IMG/VR virus record: IMGVR_UViG_2703718802_000006
DNA length: 10,631 nt
Reading direction: 5' to 3' (one strand)
From: a virus
Lineage: Duplodnaviria > Heunggongvirae > Uroviricota > Caudoviricetes
The notes under the pieces: model-generated
What the model was told of the DNA's origin: nothing
Databases searched by the model: none
Seen by the model: only the letters and a program-made list of their open reading frames with translations
In this document: positions 1 through 7,058 of the stretch, piece after piece
Position numbering within the stretch: the first letter of the stretch is position 1
Layout: every line of letters starts with the position of its first letter
Program-made: the position numbers and the translations under genes

Positions 1-1375
1 GCCCAATAACACCACGCACCGCCCCGCCACCCTTCAGCACTTGCGTATCAGTGCCGACCAGAGCGGGAAAATCACCGCTATCTCACATGAAAGCTGGTCT
101 GGAAACCTGCCCGGCGGCACGCCGGAAACGGCGGTACAGCAAAGCGAATTACTCTACGCCGGGGCGAATCGTCATACCGGCCTGCGGCTCGCCACGCTTG
201 ATTTGCCGGAAGGGAACGCCATGCGTGCGCCCGGCGAAGCCCCCGGTCTGATGGCGCTCGAAATCGCGATCGACGAACTGGCGGAAAAAGCGGGCATCGA
301 TCCCGTCGAGTTTCGCATCCTGAATGACACTCAGGTTGACCCCGCCGACCCGACGCGCTGCTTCTCTCGCCGTCAGCTTATCGAGTGCTTGCGCACCGGA
401 GCGGATAAATTTGGCTGGAAGCAGCGCAACGCCACACCCGGACAGGTGCGCGACGGGGAGTGGCTAGTCGGCCACGGTGTTGCGGCGGGCTTTCGCAATA
501 ATCTGCTGGAAAAATCGGGTGCTCGGGTTCACCTCGAACAAAACGGCACCGTTACCGTAGAAACGGACATGACCGACATTGGCACCGGCAGCTACACCAT
601 TCTGGCCCAGACGGCAGCGGAAATGCTTGGCGTACCGCTGGAGCAGGTTGCGGTTCACCTCGGCGATTCCAGTTTCCCGGTTTCTGCGGGTTCTGGTGGA
701 CAATGGGGCGCGAATACCTCCACCTCCGGCGTTTACGCCGCCTGTATGAAGCTTCGCGAAATGATTGCCTCGGCAGTCGGGTTTGATCCTGAGCAGTCGC
801 AGTTTGCCGACGGCAAGATTACCAACGGTACCCGAAGCGCCACGCTACATGAAGCCACCGCAGGCGGCAGACTGACAGCGGAAGAGAGCATTGAATTCGG
901 AACACTGAGCAAAGAGTACCAGCAGTCGACCTTTGCCGGGCATTTTGTGGAGGTCGGCGTGCATAGCGCGACGGGAGAAGTTCGGGTCCGGCGTATGCTC
1001 GCTGTGTGTGCTGCAGGACGCATCCTGAATCCGAAAACTGCGCGCAGCCAGGTCATTGGCGCAATGACTATGGGCATGGGCGCGGCACTGATGGAGGAGC
1101 TAGCGGTGGATGACCGTTTGGGCTACTTCGTTAATCACGATATGGCGGGGTATGAGGTGCCGGTTCATGCGGATATCCCAAAACAGGAGGTGATTTTCCT
1201 GGATGATACCGACCCCATATCCTCCCCGATGAAGGCCAAAGGTGTCGGTGAGCTGGGCCTGTGCGGCGTGAGCGCGGCTATCGCCAACGCGGTGTATAAC
1301 GCCACCGGTATTCGGGTACGGGATTATCCCATCACTCTGGATAAGCTGCTCGATAAGCTGCCGGATGTGGTTTAA
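1..1375 (+). CDS. paoC: Aldehyde oxidoreductase molybdopterin-binding large subunit (xanthine dehydrogenase family, PaoC/YagR-like), 5'-truncated by the window edge
   Basis: Frame is open from the window start with no stop until TAA at 1373-1375; the 444-aa track ORF (41..1375) is only the first in-frame Met. Sequence reads like the C-terminal Moco-binding domain of XDH-family enzymes. Followed 9 nt later by an XdhC-type chaperone gene with an AGGAGG SD, the paoC-paoD arrangement. High GC typical of enterobacterial core genes. Confidence 0.8.
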   Translation, partial: PNNTTHRPATLQHLRISADQSGKITAISHESWSGNLPGGTPETAVQQSELLYAGANRHTGLRLATLDLPEGNAMRAPGEAPGLMALEIAIDELAEKAGIDPVEFRILNDTQVDPADPTRCFSRRQLIECLRTGADKFGWKQRNATPGQVRDGEWLVGHGVAAGFRNNLLEKSGARVHLEQNGTVTVETDMTDIGTGSYTILAQTAAEMLGVPLEQVAVHLGDSSFPVSAGSGGQWGANTSTSGVYAACMKLREMIASAVGFDPEQSQFADGKITNGTRSATLHEATAGGRLTAEESIEFGTLSKEYQQSTFAGHFVEVGVHSATGEVRVRRMLAVCAAGRILNPKTARSQVIGAMTMGMGAALMEELAVDDRLGYFVNHDMAGYEVPVHADIPKQEVIFLDDTDPISSPMKAKGVGELGLCGVSAAIANAVYNATGIRVRDYPITLDKLLDKLPDVV

Positions 1376-1384
1376 GGAGGAACA

Positions 1385-2341
1385 ATGTCATACCCGCTTT
1401 TTGACAAAGACGAACACTGGCATAAGCCAGAGCAGGCGTTTCTCACCGATGACCACCGGACCATTCTGCGCTTCGCCGTAGAGGCGCTAATGTCCGGTAA
1501 AGGAGCGGTGCTGGTGACGCTGGTGGAGATACGCGGCGGCGCGGCGCGCCCGCTCGGGGCGCAGAGGGTGGTGCGCGAAGATGGTCGTTACTGCGGTTTT
1601 GTCTCTGGCGGCTGCGTGGAGGCCGCTGCCGCTTTTGAAGCGCTGGAGATGATGGGCTCAGGCCGCGATCGCGAAATTCGCTATGGCGAAGGTTCGCCGT
1701 GGTTTGACATCGTTCTGCCCTGCGGCGGTGGGATCACGCTGACGCTCCATAAACTACGCTCGGCACAGCCTCTGCTCGCCGTGCTGAACCGCCTGGAACA
1801 GAGAAAACCGGTGGGGCTGCGCTACGATCCGCAAGCACAATCGCTGGTGTGCCTGCCCACGCAAACCCGGACGGGCTGGAATCTCAATGGCTTTGAGGTG
1901 GGGTTCAGGCCATGCGTCAGGCTGATGATTTACGGACGTTCTCTTGAGGCGCAGGCAACCGCGAGTCTTGCAGCAGCCACAGGCTATGACAGCCATATCT
2001 TCGATCTTTTTCCGGCCTCAGCCAGCGCTCAGATCGATACCGATACGGCGGTCATTTTGCTGTGCCATGATCTCAACCGGGAGCTGCCAGTGTTGCAGGC
2101 CGCGCGAGAAGCAAAACCCTTTTATCTCGGCGCATTGGGCAGCTATCGAACCCACACGTTACGTCTGCAAAAGCTCCACGAGCTGGGATGGTCCAGGGAG
2201 GAAACAACGCAAATCCGGGCACCCGTCGGGATATTCCCCAAAGCCCGGGATGCGCATACTCTGGCACTCTCCGTGCTGGCAGAAGTCGCCTCTGTACGTC
2301 TCCATCAGGAGGAGGATTCATGCCTGCCCCCGTCGTCCTGA
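1385..2341 (+). CDS. paoD: XdhC/CoxI-family molybdenum cofactor insertion chaperone (PaoD/YagQ-like), 318 aa
   Basis: ATG at 1385 preceded by AGGAGG (1374-1379). The 318-aa length matches what I recall for E. coli PaoD, and it sits directly downstream of the XDH-family large subunit. Identification is from family-level recognition and synteny, not a search. Confidence 0.8.
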   Translation: MSYPLFDKDEHWHKPEQAFLTDDHRTILRFAVEALMSGKGAVLVTLVEIRGGAARPLGAQRVVREDGRYCGFVSGGCVEAAAAFEALEMMGSGRDREIRYGEGSPWFDIVLPCGGGITLTLHKLRSAQPLLAVLNRLEQRKPVGLRYDPQAQSLVCLPTQTRTGWNLNGFEVGFRPCVRLMIYGRSLEAQATASLAAATGYDSHIFDLFPASASAQIDTDTAVILLCHDLNRELPVLQAAREAKPFYLGALGSYRTHTLRLQKLHELGWSREETTQIRAPVGIFPKARDAHTLALSVLAEVASVRLHQEEDSCLPPSS

Positions 2342-2730
2342 TCCTTGCGGCCGGGCGTGGAGAGCGCTTTCTCGCCTCCGGGGGAAATACCCATAAGTGT
2401 ATCGGCTGGCGTCAGTCCCCGGAGGTTGCGCCTTATCGCTGGCCATTTGAAGAAAACGGGAGAACTTTCGACCTTGCGATTGAACCGCAGATTACGACTA
2501 ATGATCTGCGTCTGATGTTGAGGCTGGCTCTTGCCGGCGGAGGAATAACAATTGCCACTCAGGAAACTTTCAGGCCATATATTGAAAGCGGTAAGCTTGT
2601 ATCGCTGCTTGATGACTTTCTTCCACAATTTCCGGGCTTCTATCTGTATTTCCCACAGCGTCGCAATATTGCACCAAAGCTCCGCGCCCTGATTGACTAC
2701 GTCAAAGAATGGCGGCAGCAATTGGCTTAA
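2320..2730 (+). pseudogene. yagP: LysR-type transcriptional regulator remnant (YagP-like): effector-binding C-terminal domain only, no HTH domain; chimeric N-terminus
   Basis: ATG at 2320 with AGGAGGA just upstream gives a 136-codon ORF overlapping the paoD 3' end by 22 nt. Residues after about position 30 read like the C-terminal substrate-binding domain of a LysR regulator, but the N-terminal DNA-binding domain is missing. The first ~22 residues (MPAPVVLILAAGRGERFLASGG) instead resemble the G-x-G-x-R motif of MobA/MocA-type nucleotidyltransferases. The longer track ORF 2188..2730 has an N-terminal extension that lies out of frame inside paoD and is not credible. Confidence 0.55.
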
Positions 2731-2856
2731 ATGTCTGCACCTGCACTGCCTGATGTCAGAACAGTATTTTGATGAATTGCCAAGGTTACAATGGCACAAA
2801 TACGGCACAGGAGGAAACGTGGTGTATTTAAATATGGGGTAACTCTTTGATTTTAA

Positions 2857-2875
2857 TGGTGCCGATAATAGGAGT
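2857..2875 (-). other. attR core: 19-nt 3'-terminal fragment of tRNA-Thr (thrW-type, ptwF-like), not a functional tRNA
   Basis: Minus strand 2875->2857 reads ACTCCTATTATCGGCACCA: the end of the T-arm, the 3' acceptor strand TATCGGC (complementary to a 5' GCCGATA), discriminator A and CCA. The match to a tRNA body stops at 2876 (C where the T-stem needs G). The CCA end faces the pao/yagP flank and the 5' side faces the integrase, as expected for the duplicated core at the attR end of a tRNA-integrated element. Confidence 0.7.
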
Positions 2876-2876
2876 G

Positions 2877-2990
2877 TAACACGCGATAAATCTTGTGTTC
2901 GGGTCTTCTTCTACGACCTTCGCAACTACCTGATTTAACGATTTTTACGCACACTGATAATCTGGCATTCATCATGCACATGATAAACGC
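2877..2990 (+). repeat. Imperfect direct repeats of a CAC-N-(T)GATAA motif in the att arm between core and int (candidate integrase arm-type sites or int promoter elements)
   Basis: cacgcGATAAa at 2880-2890, cacacTGATAAtc at 2951-2962, cacaTGATAAac at 2977-2988. The last two are 26 bp apart and lie immediately upstream of the int start. Confidence 0.3.
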
Positions 2991-3014
2991 CCCTAAACTT
3001 TAACGGGGTGGAAA

Positions 3015-4229
3015 ATGAAATACAAGCCGGATCAATACATCATCTCTGATAGTTACGGAGTTTATTACGTCAGGATCTCAATTCCTATATGGCTTCGTAA
3101 TGCATTTGGTGGAAGAAAAACTCTCGTCCGTAGTCTGAACACTTCCGATCTTCGTGTGGCACGTAGGAAGCGTGATGTTATAGCAGACGAGTTTCACCAC
3201 ATCAGGCAAATTGCAGAGCCACCAAAACCGGACAGCCTGCAGGACACAATCAGCTATCTAAAGAGCGTTGCTAAGTACGCAAAAGCTGCCCCGAAAGCAT
3301 CAGCGCCAATTATCTCCCAATGCCCCTCTCTGAATAAGATGTTGGAGATTTACCTCACGCATAACGCTGATCGCCTGAAAATTGGAACATTAAGCAAGAC
3401 CAGGAAAGCCGTAGAACTGTTTCTGAATTACCTGCGAAAGAAGGATGTGGAACTAAACGATATCAACCGTACCACCGTTACAGGCTGGCTTGATCATCTC
3501 CGAGAAACAAAGGCAGTCCAAACAGTGGCTAACTATCTTTCTGCAATGGCAAACATTCTCGATCTTGCCTCTTCCCGATACCAGGACGCCCCACAGCTGG
3601 AAAGTAACGTATTCAGAGGGCATAAACTCAACACAGCGCAGAGCCGCCAGAGTTACGAGGCATTCACGGACGAAGAAATTACGAAGCTCATTAGCACGTT
3701 TAACAAGTTAGGAGAGGACGAATTAAGGGATTTAAGCGCCATAGCCGCTTATAGCGGAATGCGCATCAATGAAATAGCCAGTTTGAAATCTGACAATATC
3801 CGTGAAGTTGAGGGGGTGTTATGTTTCGATGTATTGGAAGGAAAGACAGCTAACGCTTCCAGGCTAATCCCATGCCATAGTGCGATTAAAACAATGGTCC
3901 TGGAACGCTGCCAGAAGCCGCACAACGGCTTTTTATTTTACCGTGCAAGTGTGACCAAGAGAGAGGACGGCAAGCGCTCCTCATGGCACGTAAACCGCTT
4001 TGGACGGCTTAAACGCGATATTCTCCCAGGGCAAGAAAACAAGGTGTTTCACTCGTACCGCCATGCCGTGATCAGTAAGCTAAACGCCGCCGGAGTGGAT
4101 GAATCTCGTATTGCCTTGCTCGCGGGCCACTCATTTGGAGAAACTGAATCTTTCAAGACGTATTCGAAATCCGTTCCTGAGCGAATAGTGAAGGAACTAA
4201 AAGAATATATCGAATTAATCAAATATTAA
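3015..4229 (+). CDS. Tyrosine-type site-specific integrase (phage integrase family), 404 aa
   Basis: ATG at 3015 with a G-rich SD (GGGGTGG). Box I Arg context (AYSGMRINEIASL), box II HxxR (FHSYRHAVISKL), a downstream LAGHS His and a C-terminal Tyr (FKTYSKS). The N-terminus (GVYYVRISIP...GGRKTLVRSLNTSDLRVARRKRD) matches the pattern of N-terminal arm-binding domains of island/P4-type integrases. Located next to the tRNA-derived att core. Confidence 0.9.
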   Translation: MKYKPDQYIISDSYGVYYVRISIPIWLRNAFGGRKTLVRSLNTSDLRVARRKRDVIADEFHHIRQIAEPPKPDSLQDTISYLKSVAKYAKAAPKASAPIISQCPSLNKMLEIYLTHNADRLKIGTLSKTRKAVELFLNYLRKKDVELNDINRTTVTGWLDHLRETKAVQTVANYLSAMANILDLASSRYQDAPQLESNVFRGHKLNTAQSRQSYEAFTDEEITKLISTFNKLGEDELRDLSAIAAYSGMRINEIASLKSDNIREVEGVLCFDVLEGKTANASRLIPCHSAIKTMVLERCQKPHNGFLFYRASVTKREDGKRSSWHVNRFGRLKRDILPGQENKVFHSYRHAVISKLNAAGVDESRIALLAGHSFGETESFKTYSKSVPERIVKELKEYIELIKY

Positions 4230-4243
4230 AATACCTTAAATGT

Positions 4244-4270
4244 GAGGGGGAATCCCCCTCTATTTTATTT
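4244..4270 (+). terminator. Bidirectional rho-independent terminator between convergent int and the 92-aa gene
   Basis: Perfect inverted repeat GAGGGGG-aat-CCCCCTC (4244-4260) followed by TATTTTATTT. The T-tract overlaps the stop codon (4265-4267) of the convergent minus-strand gene. Confidence 0.7.
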
Positions 4271-4543
4271 ATACCATACACTTTGCATATATTGCGATGT
4301 TTCAGATGAAATATTATACCAATATGCATAATTATTTGTTGCATCTACAACTATCAATTTATCATCACTATCCATCGCTTTATGAACTATTTGCGCTGCC
4401 TGTTCAGAATTGTAATGTGAATTAACATACCAATTTGATTCTGTAACTTTGACTGCTACGCCCAATGATTTAATAGCTTCGTAAACTGCTGGATAGTTTT
4501 TAGTTTTGATCAAGTCATAGGTTACAAAAAGATTGTTAGCCAT
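4265..4543 (-). CDS. Hypothetical 92-aa protein, AT-rich; predicted alternating beta/alpha pattern loosely reminiscent of Cas2/VapD-like ferredoxin-fold small nucleases (speculative)
   Basis: ATG at 4543-4541 with GGAGAG SD 8 nt upstream; stop at 4265. N-terminus LFVTYDL followed by a helix-like segment then VAVKVTESNWYVNS resembles the beta1-alpha1-beta2 start of Cas2/VapD-type proteins. Aromatic-rich C-terminus. No confident family assignment. Confidence 0.6.
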   Translation of the reverse strand: MANNLFVTYDLIKTKNYPAVYEAIKSLGVAVKVTESNWYVNSHYNSEQAAQIVHKAMDSDDKLIVVDATNNYAYWYNISSETSQYMQSVWYK

Positions 4544-4601
4544 TTTATTCTCTCCAGAGATTCAAAAGAATAAGCGCCGCTATAGGCGCTTTGAGATGTT
4601 T

Positions 4602-4730
4602 TTATTTCTTAGCTTTCTTGGTAGGGATTTTGATAGTTTCAGTTACCGTAGTGTCAGGATGTCTTTTAGCTTCAATGGGCTTAACAAACTGACCAGTTAT
4701 CGCAGAACGAACTACTGTTTTCTTAGCCAT
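4602..4730 (-). CDS. Hypothetical 42-aa basic small protein (MAKKTVVRSAITGQFVKPIEAKRHPDTTVTETIKIPTKKAKK), first gene of a two-gene cassette
   Basis: Internal ATG at 4730-4728 preceded by GAGGTG SD (5-nt spacer). The longer track ORF from 4832 adds a Cys-rich, low-complexity N-terminal extension with no SD and is unlikely. Lys-rich termini suggest nucleic-acid binding. A hairpin (4572-4591) plus U-rich tract separates it from the 92-aa gene. Confidence 0.4.
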   Translation of the reverse strand: MAKKTVVRSAITGQFVKPIEAKRHPDTTVTETIKIPTKKAKK

Positions 4731-4881
4731 AAAACACCTCATCTTGGAGATAAAGAGTGAACTGCTTACCCTTTTAAGAATAAGGGACAAACGAAGCGGC
4801 GTCAAAGAAAAAACACCACATATACACATCATTTACAAAACAAGCGCAATATGTGGTATCTCCATGCGATTTACATCACAA

Positions 4882-6753
4882 TCACCCCCCTGTGCTGCTC
4901 TGACCGCTCAAGGCTGACAAGGTGAGCGACTGTGTAAAACTGGCTTGTGAGGCTCTCGCCTGGAAATCAATGTAATCGCTCAGCCTTGAGCTATCGCTGG
5001 CGATAGTTAGCGGAACAGACGCTTCAAGATTGAGATTGAATACAGGTGCAAGATTGTACGCTGGCGCACTATTGGTGCTGGTTAGGGATGATATAGCAGA
5101 ATCACGAAGCGCTCCCCCTTTCAGAGAATCACCATTCAGGCCGTATTGTTCTACCGCTGTCCCTGTAGGCTGATCATCTATCCCTAACCAACCTTTAACG
5201 GCATGACCTACACTACGGCTGTCCCACCCTGTCTTGTCCTGCACCCAATCGGCAGCACTGTTGGCACTTCCTGTAACAGCACCATCATACAAACTCTGTG
5301 CCGCTGGCTTATCGCTACCAGTGAACCATTGAGGGAAACGTTCTTTCAGCCCTGCATTGATATCACTCACAACACTGGAAATCTCACCCACAAACCCAGT
5401 GATTTCTTTCGAGAGATTGCCTAAGCCCTCTCCAAGCATTCCCGCCGCTTCGGTGATAATTTTGGTTTTCCTTACCAGATCGTCGCCCCCATCGGCAAAG
5501 CCTTTCATCCAGCCTGTAAACAACTGATTGTCTATTCCATTCATCAGATTACCCATAGCAACACTCAAATCGCCATACTCATAAACCTGCTTGATCATTT
5601 CGTCGTTCAGCGTCTGACCGGACTCAATGAGAGTTCTTAGCGTCTTGTTATACTCTGCACCGTTGTTCATGAACATATCGGTGTAGTGCATCAGGTCATC
5701 ACCTAAACTCTCAATCAGCGTACCAATCTGAGCCTGTGACATACCACGGCGTTGCCCTTCATTCACCGTAGCTTGAACAAAATCGAGTGGTGAATCTTGG
5801 AACTTGGAAATCTGATCCTTACTCCATCCAAATTTGTTCATTATCGACGTAATGCCACCATCCCCACCCTTCCATTCGCCATTCTTCATTTGAGCATCGT
5901 TAACAGTCATGGCGAGGCGTTCACGCACATCTTTCATGTTATCGACGGCTTTTGAGGTATTAGCTGAATCAACACCGTGTTGCTGTCCCCAGGCCACCAT
6001 CGTTTTTATGGCGTTTGGGTTGGTTTTCACACGTTCACTCATTCTCACCAGTTCGAGGTTATCATTCCCTTTGTCAATAATTCGCTGCCCCACTCCGAGG
6101 GAGCCAGCCGTTAACGCAAGGCTTCCTAATACCCCACCACCGACGATAGGAGCATTCCCGCCCTTCTGAGCCTTTAGCTTAGTGGCTGCTGCGGCATACT
6201 GGGTACGCTGTGCCTGTGTCACTTTGGCTTGCTGTGCGGCTTCTCTGCGTAACAGGGTTACACGCTCACGAATAGATGCGTTCATACGGGCACTGGTCAG
6301 ATTGCCTTTGGCAAATTCCTCTGTTTGCTGACGTATGAAACGTAACGCTTCATATTGAGATTTAAGATCAAGTCCGTATTTACCTTTAATTCCTGACACT
6401 TGTAGCCCTGCATGGCGAAGTTTAAGCTCGGCTGTCTCTTGGTGCTTCTGTAGCTGCTGCTTCGCTTTCAGATTGGCCTTTTCATCCCTGGCTTTCTGCT
6501 TCTCTGCCGCACGTTGGGCTTTCATTTCCTTCGTATCACGAGGTTTATCATTAAAACGTGCATCATCGGCTTGTTGACGAGCTTTCTGTCTGCGCTGCTT
6601 CTGAGCCTGGAAGCGAATCTTGGGATCGGCTATTTTCTGGAAGTGCTTTTGAAGGTTATCCGCTGCGGCTTTAGCCAGAGCAATGCTCTGCTTATCCACC
6701 ACGAATGTAACCGTATTGCGGATCTGACTGACCGAAATATCAAGCATCGCCAC
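4882..6753 (-). CDS. Phage tail tape-measure-like protein (about 621-623 aa): N-terminal Lys/Gln/Ala-rich coiled coil, Gly-rich hydrophobic segment, globular C-terminal part
   Basis: Track start at 6753 is a GTG; an in-frame ATG lies at 6747-6745, with an 8-nt overlap with the upstream 65-aa ORF. The coiled-coil stretch (KAQRAAEKQKARDEKANLKAKQQLQKHQ...) and the GGGVLGSLALTAGSLGVG segment are typical of tape-measure proteins. The family call is by composition and architecture only. Confidence 0.55.
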   Translation of the reverse strand: MAMLDISVSQIRNTVTFVVDKQSIALAKAAADNLQKHFQKIADPKIRFQAQKQRRQKARQQADDARFNDKPRDTKEMKAQRAAEKQKARDEKANLKAKQQLQKHQETAELKLRHAGLQVSGIKGKYGLDLKSQYEALRFIRQQTEEFAKGNLTSARMNASIRERVTLLRREAAQQAKVTQAQRTQYAAAATKLKAQKGGNAPIVGGGVLGSLALTAGSLGVGQRIIDKGNDNLELVRMSERVKTNPNAIKTMVAWGQQHGVDSANTSKAVDNMKDVRERLAMTVNDAQMKNGEWKGGDGGITSIMNKFGWSKDQISKFQDSPLDFVQATVNEGQRRGMSQAQIGTLIESLGDDLMHYTDMFMNNGAEYNKTLRTLIESGQTLNDEMIKQVYEYGDLSVAMGNLMNGIDNQLFTGWMKGFADGGDDLVRKTKIITEAAGMLGEGLGNLSKEITGFVGEISSVVSDINAGLKERFPQWFTGSDKPAAQSLYDGAVTGSANSAADWVQDKTGWDSRSVGHAVKGWLGIDDQPTGTAVEQYGLNGDSLKGGALRDSAISSLTSTNSAPAYNLAPVFNLNLEASVPLTIASDSSRLSDYIDFQARASQASFTQSLTLSALSGQSSTGG

Positions 6754-6937
6754 CGCCTTTCTTACTCACCAGATAATTAAGTGCATCTGATACACTACGC
6801 CCACGATGTAATAACTGACGTAGATGACCGTGATCTATTTCAAGCACACGACACACTCCCGCCAGATTTAATAACTCTTCTGCTGTTTCAGCATTTACGG
6901 CGAGGTGAAGCCCCGCGCTTTTTACAATCACTTGCAT
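6740..6937 (-). CDS. Hypothetical 65-aa protein, translationally coupled to the downstream tape-measure-like gene
   Basis: ATG at 6937-6935 with AGAGGAAAG SD (about 8-nt spacer). Stop TGA at 6742-6740 overlaps the ATG (6747-6745) of the next gene in the arrangement ATGCTTGA. Confidence 0.45.
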   Translation of the reverse strand: MQVIVKSAGLHLAVNAETAEELLNLAGVCRVLEIDHGHLRQLLHRGRSVSDALNYLVSKKGGGDA

Positions 6938-6960
6938 TTATCTTTCCTCTTATTCTGGAA

Positions 6961-6995
6961 ATAAAAAAGGGCGGGAACACTGGGGAGATGTTCCC
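6961..6995 (-). terminator. Rho-independent terminator downstream of the capsid gene (second of two tandem hairpins)
   Basis: On the minus strand: GGGAACA-tctccccag-TGTTCCC (6995-6973) followed by GCCC and TTTTTT (6968-6963). A second hairpin (7019-7046, stem AGCCTGA/TCAGGCT) lies just 3' of the capsid stop, with a weaker U-tract. Confidence 0.65.
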
Positions 6996-7058
6996 AACGT
7001 TCACACGCCCTATTCAAAAGCCTGATTATTGCCTGCGGGTCAGGCTCCCGCTTGCTCA

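Noticed and set aside
2188-2319. N-terminal extension of the yagP-like ORF (track ORF 2188..2730, 180 aa)
   Set aside because: The extension lies entirely inside paoD in another frame and has an Arg/Gly/Pro-rich composition typical of out-of-frame translation of GC-rich coding DNA. The ATG at 2320 with a strong SD is the credible start.
2857-2932. Possibility of a complete tRNA-Thr gene on the minus strand
   Set aside because: Only the last 19 nt (T-arm end through CCA) match. The sequence at 2876 and beyond cannot form the T-stem, anticodon arm or D-arm, so it is an att core fragment, not a gene.
4731-4832. N-terminal extension of the 42-aa ORF (track ORF 4602..4832, 76 aa)
   Set aside because: No SD before the upstream ATG and an implausible Cys-rich, hydrophobic low-complexity extension; the internal ATG at 4730 has a good GAGGTG SD.
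7019-7046. Hairpin immediately after the capsid stop as an independent feature
   Set aside because: Its U-tract is short (TTTG) and the loop is large; I treat it as an accessory to the stronger terminator at 6961-6995 rather than as a separate confident terminator.
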